Source: Desulfobacterales bacterium (GTDB taxonomy: Bacteria > Desulfobacterota > Desulfobacteria > Desulfobacterales > UBA5852). Taken from it: DNA of 64,000 nt. A program made the translations under genes and the position numbers. The stretch is from contig CAXXVS010000003.1 of the NCBI GenBank assembly GCA_963674755.2, positions 800,001 through 864,000 of the forward strand, given 5' to 3'. A model generated the notes under the pieces. That model was not told the DNA's origin. It saw only the letters and a program-made list of their open reading frames with translations, and searched no databases. The number at the start of each line of letters is the position of its first letter. Position 1 is the stretch's first letter. Shown here one piece after another: positions 20,597 through 29,847 of this stretch.

Positions 20597-20863
20597 ATGG
20601 CCGTAGGCTGGTCCCGCGACGGGGACGTGCAGGAACAGATCGATGCCAGCGTTCAGGATGCCGTCGCGCAGGCCCGGCGCCGGATGCCGGCCGGCGAGAG
20701 CCGGACCCATTGCGAGATGTGCGACGAACCCATCCCGGAGGCCCGGCGCAAGGCCGTCCCGGGGGTGCGCCTGTGCGTCGATTGCCAAGCGGAGCTGGAA
20801 AAGCAGCAGACGGCCCAAACGCTCTACAACCGGCGGGGCAGCAAGGACAGCCAGCTCAAATAA
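20597..20863 (+). CDS. ybiI: DksA/TraR-family C4 zinc-finger protein (YbiI-like)
   Basis: MAVGWSRDGDVQEQID, CEMC...CVDC, NRRGSKDSQLK. Confidence 0.85.
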   Translation: MAVGWSRDGDVQEQIDASVQDAVAQARRRMPAGESRTHCEMCDEPIPEARRKAVPGVRLCVDCQAELEKQQTAQTLYNRRGSKDSQLK

Positions 20864-20899
20864 GAATCGGCGCGGACAACAGCATTCGAGCGGGGGGCG

Positions 20900-21169
20900 T
20901 CAGGGCTGCGAAAGAACCTGTTTCATTTTGGCGTATTCCGCCGTGGAGATTTCTCCCCGCGCCAGGCGCCGCTTCAGGATGGTCAGGGAATCGTCGCGAT
21001 CCCGGGATGCGCTGACGGCCTGGTTGGTCCCGGGCCGGAAGAGCCGCACGACGATATAAACCAGCAGCACGATCACCAGGCCCCACAGCAGCAAACCCCA
21101 CAAATGCCCCGGGAAGAATCCTCCCCGCCATCCGCCGGCCCATGGCCCGAAATTACAGCTCCACATCAA
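20900..21169 (-). CDS. Small membrane protein with SHOCT domain
   Basis: Gly/Trp-rich N-terminus, one TM helix, ILKRRLARGEISTAEY. Confidence 0.85.
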   Translation of the reverse strand: MMWSCNFGPWAGGWRGGFFPGHLWGLLLWGLVIVLLVYIVVRLFRPGTNQAVSASRDRDDSLTILKRRLARGEISTAEYAKMKQVLSQP

Positions 21170-21301
21170 TGTTTCTCCCTTTTTCGTTTAAGGCCGCGCA
21201 GGCCGATCGAGGGTACCGGCGGTTTCGCCTCGAGGGCTGGTGCCGTTGGATCATCGACCGCCTACAATGGCGGAAAACCCGCCTGCTTGTGTTCCTTGGT
21301 T

Positions 21302-21317
21302 TCCAATTTGCATGCCA
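21302..21317 (-). promoter_or_regulatory. Candidate sigma54 promoter (variant -12) for the SHOCT gene
   Basis: Minus strand TGGCAT-GCAAA-TTGGA, versus consensus TGGCAC-N5-TTGCW. Confidence 0.45.
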
Positions 21318-21415
21318 ATACCATGGACCCATGGGTCAACCAATTGTATTTGCGGGGATTATATCGACCAGCGGCGTGTCGGCGGTTGGCGCCAGTGGTG
21401 AGGTGTATCGCAAGA

Positions 21416-21475
21416 TGGGGCGATATTACCCGTTTTTGACGGGCTGAATGCCGCAAAGTGTTTACAAAATACCCA
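21416..21475. promoter_or_regulatory. Paired candidate ZraR-type activator sites
   Basis: TGGGGCGATATTACCCG (21416-21432) and TGTTTACAAAATACCCA (21459-21475), similar to the sites upstream of zraP. Confidence 0.5.
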
Positions 21476-21520
21476 ACCATGGGCATGTTGGTGCAAGACA
21501 GGTGAATTCCCGGGGGGATT

Positions 21521-23353
21521 ATGACGTCAAATCGATCACGCGGCCGCTGGCGCCTGCACACCTCGCCCTGGATCGTCATCGGATCGGTGGGGATCCTGCT
21601 GGTGGCGGTGGTGGTGCTGGCCTTCCAGAATTACAGCCGTGAAAAAACCTACATGTCCCGCATCCTGAGCGAAAAGGGGGCCGCGATCATCAAGGCCATG
21701 GAGGCCGGCGCCCGGACCGGGATGATGGGCATGGGGTGGGGCGGGCGGCAGGTGCAGACCCTGATCCAGGAGACCGCCCTGCTGCCGGATGTCCTCTACA
21801 TCCGCATCACCGACCGCGACGGGCGGGTGGTGGCCAGCAGCGACCGGGAAGACATTGGCAAAGACCTGGCCGGCGACCGCCTGGCCGGCAATATTGACCC
21901 GTCCGGGAAAACCCAGTGGCGCGTCATCGATATCGGCCAGGGGCGGCGGGCCTTTGAAGTCTACCGGGTTTTTCGGCCGCTCCGGGGCGGCCGGATGGGC
22001 GCGGGCATGGGCCAGATGATGCGCCGGCACGGCATGATGATGGGGGCCGACAGCGATCGGCTGTTCCCGGGGGACGCTGCCGATACAGAGCAGATCATCC
22101 GGGTGGGCCTGGATCCCGCCCCCTTCGAGGAAGGGCGCAAAGAGGACATTCGCAACACGGTCCTCATTTCCGGCATCCTGATCGTGCTGGGGATGGCCGG
22201 TTTCATCTCCATGTTCTGGATGCAAAGCTACCGATCGGCCAAGCAATCGCTGCAGGACACCAGCGCCGTCAAGGACCAAGTCGTGTCGAGCCTGCCGGTG
22301 GGCCTGATCGCAACGGACAAGGACGGCCGGATCGCGTTTTACAACCGCGCGGCCGAGCGCATCACGGGCCTCGACCTGGCTGCGGCCCAGGGGGAGGCTG
22401 CCGATCGGATTCTGCCGCATCATTTCTGTGGACTGAAGGATGCCCTGGACCGGGGCGAGACGATTTCCGAAAAGGAAACGGAGTGCGCCTTTACCGGGGA
22501 TCGGGTGGTCCCCGTCAGCATCAGCGCTTCCCAGATCATCAACGCGGATGGCGTCTTTGTGGGCCAGGTCCTGATCATCCGGGACCTCGGCGAGGTTCGC
22601 CGGCTGCAGGACGAAATCCACCGCAAGGAGAAGCTGGCGGCCATCGGCGGGCTGGCCGCCGGGGTGGCCCACGAAATACGCAATCCCCTGAGTTCCATCA
22701 AGGGCATCGCCTCCTATTACAAGGACAAATTTGCGGACGGCAGCGAGGATTACGAGATGGCCGGGGTCATGATCGAAGAGGTGGATCGTCTGAGCCGGGT
22801 CATCAGCGAGCTGCTGGAGTTTGCCCGGCCGACCAAGCTCAGTTGGCGGACGGCGAACATCAACGATCTGCTGGCGCATTCGACCCGGCTGGTACAGCAG
22901 GAGGCCACGGCTCAAAACGTCCAGATCGGGCTGCATCCCGCCCCCGGGGACCTGGCGGCGGAGGTCGACCCGGATCGGCTGACCCAGTGCCTCCTGAATC
23001 TGTACCTGAACGCCCTGCAGGCCATGGGCGACGGCGGTCAATTGACGGTTGCCGGCACCCGGCAGGGAGAAGATGCCGTGGCCATCACGATCACGGATAC
23101 CGGAACAGGCATTGCCGCCGACGACCTGACGGCCATCTTCGATCCTTATTTCACCACCAAACCCCAGGGCACCGGTTTGGGGCTGGCGATCGTCCACAAG
23201 GTGATCGAGGCCCACCAGGGCCAGATCAAGGTGCGCAGCATCCCGGGGGAAGGCACCACGTTCACCGTCGTCCTGCCCCTTAATAGTGCCCATCCGGAAA
23301 TGGCATCTTTTAGCCCCGGCCGGCGTTCTCGCTCTTTGGAATCCTCGCCGTAG
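21521..23353 (+). CDS. zraS: ZraS/HydH-like sensor histidine kinase with PAS
   Basis: Two TM, EAGARTGMMGM, Met/His-rich periplasmic insert, [29 protein letters not shown]. Confidence 0.85.
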   Translation: MTSNRSRGRWRLHTSPWIVIGSVGILLVAVVVLAFQNYSREKTYMSRILSEKGAAIIKAMEAGARTGMMGMGWGGRQVQTLIQETALLPDVLYIRITDRDGRVVASSDREDIGKDLAGDRLAGNIDPSGKTQWRVIDIGQGRRAFEVYRVFRPLRGGRMGAGMGQMMRRHGMMMGADSDRLFPGDAADTEQIIRVGLDPAPFEEGRKEDIRNTVLISGILIVLGMAGFISMFWMQSYRSAKQSLQDTSAVKDQVVSSLPVGLIATDKDGRIAFYNRAAERITGLDLAAAQGEAADRILPHHFCGLKDALDRGETISEKETECAFTGDRVVPVSISASQIINADGVFVGQVLIIRDLGEVRRLQDEIHRKEKLAAIGGLAAGVAHEIRNPLSSIKGIASYYKDKFADGSEDYEMAGVMIEEVDRLSRVISELLEFARPTKLSWRTANINDLLAHSTRLVQQEATAQNVQIGLHPAPGDLAAEVDPDRLTQCLLNLYLNALQAMGDGGQLTVAGTRQGEDAVAITITDTGTGIAADDLTAIFDPYFTTKPQGTGLGLAIVHKVIEAHQGQIKVRSIPGEGTTFTVVLPLNSAHPEMASFSPGRRSRSLESSP

Positions 23354-23450
23354 CCCCGCTACGCCTCCGGTTCCCAAATCACTGCGGCCTTGGCCGGAAC
23401 CAAAACCTACCATTTCTGGACGGGCACTCATTATGCGAAATGAGGTTGTG

Positions 23451-24824
23451 ATGCCAAACGCAAATCCGGCCCCCATCCTGATCGTCGATGACGATCCGAA
23501 CCATCTCAAAACCCTGCAGACCATTATCAGGAGCTGGGGCTATCGGGTCTCCGCGGCGGATGACGGCGCCCGGGCCGTGGCGCGCGTCAAGGAGACCCCC
23601 TTCGCCCTGATCCTGATGGATGTCCGCATGGCGCAGATGAGCGGGATCGAAGCCCTGCGGCAGATCAAAGCCTACAACCCGTCCATTCCGATCCTCATCA
23701 TGACGGCCTATTCGTCGGTGGATTCGGCGGTGGAGGCCCTCAAGGCCGGTGCTTACGATTACCTGACCAAACCGCTGGATTTCGAAGTCCTCAAGCTCGG
23801 CCTGGCGCGGGCCCTGGAGCACTCCGGGCTGAAATCGGAAAATGCGGTTCTGAAGTCCAAGTTGAGCGCCGATTACGAAATGGCGCACATCATCGGCAAG
23901 AGCCGGCCCATGAAGGAATTGGTGGACATGCTGGCCATGGTCGCCCCTTCGGAGGCCACCGTGCTGATCACGGGCCCCAGCGGCACGGGCAAGGAGCTCA
24001 TCGCCAAATCGATTCATCACAACAGCGGGCGCAAAGACAAGCCCCTGGTGGTGGTCAATTGTGCGGCCCTTACCGAAACGCTCCTGGAGTCCGAGCTCTT
24101 CGGCCATGAAAAGGGTGCCTTTACCGGCGCCGACAAACGGCGCGAAGGGCGTTTCATGCAGGCCAACCAGGGCACCATCTTCCTGGACGAGATCGGCGAA
24201 ACATCCGCGGCCATGCAGGCCAAACTGCTGCGGGTGATCCAGGAGCGGGAAATTCAGCGGGTGGGCGGGGAAGAGACGTTGGATGTGGACGTGCGCATTC
24301 TGGCGGCCACGAACCGCAACCTGGAGGAGGAAGTCCGGCAAGGCCGCTTTCGCGAGGACCTTTACTACCGCCTGAACGTCGTGACCTTGCGCATCCCGCC
24401 GCTTTGCGAACGCCTGGACGACATCCCGCTGCTGGCCCAGCATTTCATGGAACGCTATGCCCGCAAAAACCGCAAGCCGGTCAAGGGCATCTCACCGCTG
24501 GCCATGGACATGCTCCTCAAATATGCCTGGCCCGGCAATGTCCGGGAGCTCGAGAACACCATCGAGCGGGCCGTGATCCTCCTGCCGGGCGAGCATATTA
24601 CCGAAAAAGAGCTGCCCCCCACCATCACCAAGACTTATACGGATAGCTGTGCAGCGCCGGCGTCGTCCGCCGCCCCGGCCAACCGCCCCCTGGAGGAGAT
24701 CGAAAAAGAGGCTATTTTAGCCACCCTCGAAGACAGCGGCGGCAATAAAAGCGAGACCGCCCGCCGGCTGGGCATCAACCGCAAGACTCTGCACAAGAAA
24801 TTGAAAGATTACGGCATCGATTGA
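23451..24824 (+). CDS. zraR: Sigma54-dependent response regulator (ZraR/HydG-like)
   Basis: REC, GPSGTGKE, ESELFGHEKGAFTGA, FLDEIGE, WPGNVREL, Fis-type HTH; GAGG RBS. Confidence 0.9.
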   Translation: MPNANPAPILIVDDDPNHLKTLQTIIRSWGYRVSAADDGARAVARVKETPFALILMDVRMAQMSGIEALRQIKAYNPSIPILIMTAYSSVDSAVEALKAGAYDYLTKPLDFEVLKLGLARALEHSGLKSENAVLKSKLSADYEMAHIIGKSRPMKELVDMLAMVAPSEATVLITGPSGTGKELIAKSIHHNSGRKDKPLVVVNCAALTETLLESELFGHEKGAFTGADKRREGRFMQANQGTIFLDEIGETSAAMQAKLLRVIQEREIQRVGGEETLDVDVRILAATNRNLEEEVRQGRFREDLYYRLNVVTLRIPPLCERLDDIPLLAQHFMERYARKNRKPVKGISPLAMDMLLKYAWPGNVRELENTIERAVILLPGEHITEKELPPTITKTYTDSCAAPASSAAPANRPLEEIEKEAILATLEDSGGNKSETARRLGINRKTLHKKLKDYGID

Positions 24825-24871
24825 GTCCGGTCGCCGCCCGGGGCGTTCGCGCCGGACCCTTCGGTCGGAGT

Positions 24872-24930
24872 TGTCCCGATTGGCCCCACCTTAAACCTAT
24901 CCCACGGCGCATGTGGGTAATTTGACCCCA
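24872..24930. promoter_or_regulatory. Paired candidate ZraR-type activator sites upstream of zraP
   Basis: TGTCCCGATTGGCCCCA (24872-24888) and TGGGTAATTTGACCCCA (24914-24930). Confidence 0.55.
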
Positions 24931-25038
24931 TATTGCCTTCCCTGCATCCGACCTGCAGTTGCCGGCATCACTCCAACGAATATAAATATTCCATAAATAA
25001 TAACCAGTTATATTCATATGGCGATCATTCGCGGGTTT

Positions 25039-25054
25039 TGGCATCCTCCTTGCT
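25039..25054 (+). promoter_or_regulatory. Sigma54 (-24/-12) promoter of zraP-like gene
   Basis: TGGCAT-CCTCC-TTGCT with exact GG-N10-GC spacing, preceded by an AT-rich tract. Confidence 0.85.
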
Positions 25055-25134
25055 TTGTCTCAGGGCCAGGACAGGCGATTTTTCCGAAAACATCAATCAC
25101 CCGCTTTCAAAAAGACATGCAAGGAGGCAACACA

Positions 25135-25668
25135 ATGAAACGCAACATCAATATCACCATGACACTGACTGTTCTGGCTGTTTTCGGGCTGGCGACCCTC
25201 GCCGTGGCCGGTTGGGGACGAGGCTACGGCCATATGGGAGGTTACGGCTACGGTCCGATGGGCGGGCCCGGAATGATGGGGCCCGGTTGGCAGCGGGGCG
25301 GATGCTACTATGGCAATCTCTCTCCCGAAGAGGGCGCCGCCCTGGAGAAGGAGCGCGCGGCCTTTTTCGAAGCCACCGAGGGCCTGCGGCAGCAGCTTTA
25401 TGAAAAGAATCAGGCCCTGCAAAGCGAACTGGCCAAGAAAAACCCCGATAGCGGTGCGGCGTCCAAGCTGCAGGGTGAGATTTCCACGCTGCGCAGCGAG
25501 CTGGACCAGAAGCGTCTGGATTTTCAACTCCAGGCCCGCAAAATCGTGCCCAACTTTAGTCCGAACAATGGCGGCTACGGCCCCATGATGGGCTACGGCC
25601 CGCGCGGCGGCGGTTACGGTACGATGATGGGTTACGGTCCCCGCGGCGGAGGCAACTGCTGGCAGTAA
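25135..25668 (+). CDS. zraP: ZraP/Spy/CpxP-family periplasmic protein
   Basis: AAGGAGG RBS, signal peptide, Gly/Met/Tyr-rich termini, core LRQQLYEKNQALQSELAKKNPD...LRSELDQKR. Confidence 0.8.
   Translation: MKRNINITMTLTVLAVFGLATLAVAGWGRGYGHMGGYGYGPMGGPGMMGPGWQRGGCYYGNLSPEEGAALEKERAAFFEATEGLRQQLYEKNQALQSELAKKNPDSGAASKLQGEISTLRSELDQKRLDFQLQARKIVPNFSPNNGGYGPMMGYGPRGGGYGTMMGYGPRGGGNCWQ
25570..25647 (+). repeat. 2 x 39-bp coding tandem repeat (GGYGxMMGYGPRG)
   Basis: Units 25570-25608 and 25609-25647. Confidence 0.8.
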
Positions 25669-25694
25669 GGCCGGTTGCCGGTCGAAGCAGGGAA

Positions 25695-25727
25695 ACCCGG
25701 GGCGTTTCGAGCCGCCCCGGGTCGTTT
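25695..25727 (+). terminator. Hairpin terminator after zraP
   Basis: ACCCGGGGCG...CGCCCCGGGT 10-bp stem followed by CGTTT. Confidence 0.6.
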
Positions 25728-25850
25728 ATAAAAGGGTGTGTTTTCATACGGGGCGACAAGACCAGGAGAGCCAGATGAAAAGGGGAAGCAGGGCAACAGC
25801 GGCGATGGTGCCAATCCTGCGCCTGGCGGCGAGCGGACGGCGCGCCGACC

Positions 25851-26564
25851 TCAGGTGTTCAGCCGCTCGTCGATGGTCTTCATTTTTTGTTCGAGGGGAT
25901 CGAGTTCTTTTTCCTGGCCGGATCCTTCCAGACCTTTCCGCAGCTCCTCGATTTTTTCCCTTATAAGCGGCAAAATCTCGTTATCGAGCCGCTCTTTCAT
26001 TGCACTGCTCATGTTGCCCAGGTCCGCGATGATGGCATCCAGCTGCCGGGCCAGTTCCTTGACCTGCTCGTTTGCGGGAATGCCCTGCAGTTCGTTCAAA
26101 AAGGCATTGATTCCGGATTCCAGCGTCGCGATGTTTTCGCCGAGCTGGCGGGCAAACTGTTCATAGAGGACCGCATAGCGGGTTTGGCCGTCCACCACGG
26201 CATCCTCGGCGATGGGCTGGCCGCCCGGCTTGAGCTGCACCACCCGGATCACCTTGCGGTCAGCCTGGTGCGGATCGGTATCGATATAAAACCGGCTGGC
26301 ATCGGTGGCCGCCGCGGCGAACGGCTTCCGGATGGCGACGCTGACCAGGAAAATCCCGGCATCCGTGTATTGGATTTCCCGGACCTCTCCGATAACGGCA
26401 TCATCGAAATAAACGGCAGCGCCCTTGCGCAGGCCCTGGACATGGTCGAAGCGAATCTGGAAATCATGGGTACGGCTGAAACAGCCGACCACCAGCAGTG
26501 CCGCCAGGGTCGTCAGACCCCATGATCTTATCCGCTTCGTATAATCCTCATATTGACGTTCCAT
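25851..26564 (-). CDS. MlaD/MCE domain protein (orphan)
   Basis: IRFDHVQGLRKGAAVYFDDAVIGEVREI followed by a helical tail; possible lipobox VVGC. Confidence 0.75.
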   Translation of the reverse strand: MERQYEDYTKRIRSWGLTTLAALLVVGCFSRTHDFQIRFDHVQGLRKGAAVYFDDAVIGEVREIQYTDAGIFLVSVAIRKPFAAAATDASRFYIDTDPHQADRKVIRVVQLKPGGQPIAEDAVVDGQTRYAVLYEQFARQLGENIATLESGINAFLNELQGIPANEQVKELARQLDAIIADLGNMSSAMKERLDNEILPLIREKIEELRKGLEGSGQEKELDPLEQKMKTIDERLNT

Positions 26565-27077
26565 AGAACCGTTCCCTTTCGACAAAGCCGGTGCCGGATG
26601 GGCCTTACCGTGCCAATCGTTGCCGACAACCGGCGGCCAATATCCGCCAGCATATCATATCCCGGAGGGATGGGGTAAGGTCCTCCGATTTCATCGACCA
26701 CCGCTCCGCTGCCGGTATGCCCCCGCTGTCGCCCAAAGCATGACGGCGCCGCAGCGCAGGCCCTTCAAAATACGCTATTTACCCCATACTCAGTATCGAA
26801 TTACAACGATAAATTATGTCGCAAACCCGATTTGACGCCCCAGCGACAGCCCCCGGACCGCTGGTTTGCGGTGCGTCCGTCGGGCCGCCTCAACCCCCGG
26901 TCGCGCAGGCCGCTGTCAGGCATTAAATCCATAAACCTGCCGCACCCGCCGGCACCTGCCGAAGACGTGCCGGACAAGGCCCGGAGCGGCCAAAATGCCT
27001 AAGGGTGGATACGACCCCCGGCGGGGGGGCAACGGCTGGCCGCCGTGATGGAAATTATCTTTTCGAGGGAAGCCGGC

Positions 27078-28142
27078 GTGAATCGAGCTGTTCGCATCCC
27101 AATCGGCTGTACGGTCGCCCTGTGGCTTACCCTTCTTGGCGTTTCCGCCGCCTGTGCGGGGCCGGTCCGTACGGAGAGCGGTACGATCTCTTCCATCGCC
27201 CCCCAGGAGTCCATGGCCGTGGTGAAAATGGCCGCCCGCAGCGGACCGATGACGAAGCCCGTTTTCCCGCCGTCCCCCAGCACGGCATTGCCGGACATGC
27301 CCTGGGACCGCCGCACCCGGACGGTGGTCGGCACCCTCCGGCGCCATGTGGTCAGCGGACGGGAAACCCTTCTGGATATTGCCCGGGCGTATCATCTGGG
27401 CTTCAACGAGATGGAAGATCTCTATCCCGGGATGGATCCCTGGCTGCCGCCGGTGGGGGCGGTCTTGACCATTCCCTCCCGGTGGGTGCTGCCCGAATCG
27501 ACGCGGCCCGAAGTCGTCGTCAACGTCGCGGAGCTCAGGCTCTACCGCTTCCGGCAGGAGGCGGGCGCCACCACGGTGGAGACCTTCCCGGTGGGGATCG
27601 GCGACCTGGACTGGCCGACCCCGACGGGCCAATTCCGGATCCACACCAAGGTGAGGCATCCGGCCTGGGTCATTCCCGCATCCCTGCGCACCAAATACGG
27701 CCGCACCGTGATTCCGCCTGGGCCGGACAATCCTTTGGGAGACTACTGGATGCGGTTGGGGGGCACTTCCTACGGCATCCACGGCACCGACCTCCCGTGG
27801 TCGGTGGGCCGGCTTGTCACCCATGGCTGCATTCGTCTCTATCCGGAAGACATCGCCTATCTGTTCCATTCGCTGGTGCTGCCGGCCGGGGTGCGGCTGA
27901 TTTACGAGCCGGTGAAAATCGGCTTGGCGGACGGGCGGGTCTACGTGGAAGCCCATCGCGATGTTTACGGCCGGATTGCCGATTTCAGGGCCTATGGCTT
28001 CCAGCGCCTGGCGGCCAGCAAATGGCGCCACAGCGTGGACCACGAGGCCTTTGCAAGGGCCCTGGAGGATCGTCGCGGGCTGCCGGTGGACGTGACGGCC
28101 GGGGCCCTCGACCGGTCAGCGCGGGATCCGTCGCCGAAGTGA
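27078..28142 (+). CDS. L,D-transpeptidase (LysM + YkuD; ErfK/YbiS/YcfS/YnhG family)
   Basis: ETLLDIARAY LysM, VNVAELRLY, PPGPDNPLG, YGIHGT...THGCIRL. Confidence 0.92.
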   Translation: MNRAVRIPIGCTVALWLTLLGVSAACAGPVRTESGTISSIAPQESMAVVKMAARSGPMTKPVFPPSPSTALPDMPWDRRTRTVVGTLRRHVVSGRETLLDIARAYHLGFNEMEDLYPGMDPWLPPVGAVLTIPSRWVLPESTRPEVVVNVAELRLYRFRQEAGATTVETFPVGIGDLDWPTPTGQFRIHTKVRHPAWVIPASLRTKYGRTVIPPGPDNPLGDYWMRLGGTSYGIHGTDLPWSVGRLVTHGCIRLYPEDIAYLFHSLVLPAGVRLIYEPVKIGLADGRVYVEAHRDVYGRIADFRAYGFQRLAASKWRHSVDHEAFARALEDRRGLPVDVTAGALDRSARDPSPK

Positions 28143-28231
28143 TACGCCGGAGCGGTTTTGAAGACCATAAGCCCGCCGGACGGCCGAATGGTCGTGCTGT
28201 TTGCAACCTCAACCAAAAAGGAGGCATCAAA

Positions 28232-28552
28232 ATGAAAACCGTCGCAAGGATCAAACACCCGCTTTTTGTCTTAGGCCTGATCGTCTGTGTGGGGTGGCTG
28301 TTTACAGGCTGTGCCACAACCCAGCAGATGACCACCCTCCAGGAACAGGTGCAGGAGGCCATGACGAAGGCCGACCAGGCCCTGCAGGAGGCCGAGGCCG
28401 CCAAAGCCATGGCCGCGGAAGCGGCAAACAAGGCCGATGCCGCCGCCATGCGCGCCGAAGCGGCTGCGGACCGGGCCGATCAGGCCGCCGCCAAAGCGGA
28501 AGCGATGGCGGACAAGAGTGAAAAAGTGTTCATGAAGGGTATGAAAAAATAG
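28232..28552 (+). CDS. Lpp/OprI-like alanine-zipper lipoprotein
   Basis: AAGGAGG RBS, lipobox LFTGC, Ala-rich heptads, C-terminal ...KGMKK. Confidence 0.85.
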   Translation: MKTVARIKHPLFVLGLIVCVGWLFTGCATTQQMTTLQEQVQEAMTKADQALQEAEAAKAMAAEAANKADAAAMRAEAAADRADQAAAKAEAMADKSEKVFMKGMKK

Positions 28553-28564
28553 GATGGAGTGCGT

Positions 28565-28652
28565 CGGTGCCGTTCGAAACCCACTTCGTTGATCGAAGGC
28601 CGGTGGTGCCGCTATCCTTCGACGGTGAGGTTTTGCACGGCACCGTTTTCTT
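28565..28652 (+). terminator. Long imperfect stem-loop plus T-tract after the lipoprotein gene
   Basis: CGGTGCCGT/ACGGCACCG outer arms, TCGAAGG/CCTTCGA inner arms, then TTTTCTT. Confidence 0.55.
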
Positions 28653-28731
28653 GCTGCATCCAAGCGCCAGGCCAGCCATTTGCATTTGGAGCCGAATCGG
28701 CATATGGATATCTCCAGATAAGGAGGTGGCC

Positions 28732-29346
28732 ATGTTCAGCACGGAATTTCTTCTGACATCGCTGGTGGTGGTGCTGATCCCCGGCACCGGGGTCATCTAC
28801 ACGGTTTCCAACGGGCTTTTTCTCGGATGGCGGGCCAGCATCGCGGCGGCCGTGGGCTGCACCGCCGGCATCCTTCCCCACCTGACGGCCAGCATCCTGG
28901 GCCTGGCGGCCATCCTGCACATGAGCGCGGTGGCTTTCCAGGCCGTGAAATATGCCGGCGTGATCTATCTGCTTTACCTGGCCTGGTGCATGTGGCGGGA
29001 GACGGGCGCCTTGCAGTTTGACGCGCCGACCACCCGCCGAGGGATGCGGCAGATCATCATCCGGGGTTTTTTGATCAACATCCTCAACCCCAAGCTGTCC
29101 ATCTTTTTCCTGGCCTTCCTGCCGCTGTTCGTCTCCCCCCAGGCCGTTGCGCCGACTTTGCAGATGCTGATCCTCAGCGGGGTGTTCATGGCCATGACCC
29201 TTGTCATTTTCATCCTCTACGGGCTGCTGGCCGACGGGGTTCGGCGCTATGTGGTGGACTCCCCCAAAGTGGTGACCTGGATGCAGCGTTCCTTCGCGGC
29301 CGTCTTTGCGGCCCTGGGGCTCAAGCTGGCATTGACGGAGCCGTAA
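28732..29346 (+). CDS. LysE/RhtB family translocator
   Basis: AAGGAGG RBS; IPGTG, KYAGVIYLLYLAW, NILNPK, FLAFLPLF. Confidence 0.92.
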   Translation: MFSTEFLLTSLVVVLIPGTGVIYTVSNGLFLGWRASIAAAVGCTAGILPHLTASILGLAAILHMSAVAFQAVKYAGVIYLLYLAWCMWRETGALQFDAPTTRRGMRQIIIRGFLINILNPKLSIFFLAFLPLFVSPQAVAPTLQMLILSGVFMAMTLVIFILYGLLADGVRRYVVDSPKVVTWMQRSFAAVFAALGLKLALTEP

Positions 29347-29358
29347 GGGAATCATCTT

Positions 29359-29793
29359 ATGGGCGGACCGATCAGAGCGACCGTCTCCAGGCGAATCGTG
29401 CTGTATGAAATTCTCATGCTGGGCGGGATCCTCATTTCCATCTGGTGCGACGAGGTGTTTGATATCCCCCATCTGCTCTTCGGAGCGCCGCGATCGCCGT
29501 TGAACTGGCAGGAATCTTTGTTCGAGAGCATTAGTGTCGGCATTTTCGGCGCGGCCCTGATCGGCGTGACCCACAATCTCTTCAAGCGCCTGAAATACCT
29601 GGAGGGCATCCTGCCGGTCTGCGCATCGTGCAAGAAAATCAGAGATGAAGCCGGAAACTGGCAGCACATCGAATCCTATATCCGGGAGCGATCGGCCGCC
29701 GAATTCAGCCATGGCATTTGCCCGGAATGCGCCGAAAAACTCTATCCGGGCTTTAATCCTTACAAAAAACGCGAGCCGAAGCAGCCCTCATAA
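29359..29793 (+). CDS. Two-TM membrane protein with C-terminal Cys/His zinc-ribbon domain
   Basis: LEGILPVCASCKKIRDEAGNW...FSHGICPEC. Confidence 0.8.
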   Translation: MGGPIRATVSRRIVLYEILMLGGILISIWCDEVFDIPHLLFGAPRSPLNWQESLFESISVGIFGAALIGVTHNLFKRLKYLEGILPVCASCKKIRDEAGNWQHIESYIRERSAAEFSHGICPECAEKLYPGFNPYKKREPKQPS

Positions 29794-29847
29794 CGGCCTC
29801 GGCCGGCATCCCATTGACCCCTGCACGGCATCGGACAGGAGAAAGAC

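Noticed and set aside
26598..26617. Sigma54 promoter for the MlaD-like gene (TGGCAC on minus strand)
   Set aside because: No TTGC-like -12 element at the correct distance.
27005..28231. N-terminal 409 aa of ORF 27005-28552
   Set aside because: Overlaps the L,D-transpeptidase in another frame; the real lipoprotein starts at 28232 with an RBS and lipobox. The extensions of 33502-35103, 18768-19571 and 25018-25668 were trimmed on similar grounds.
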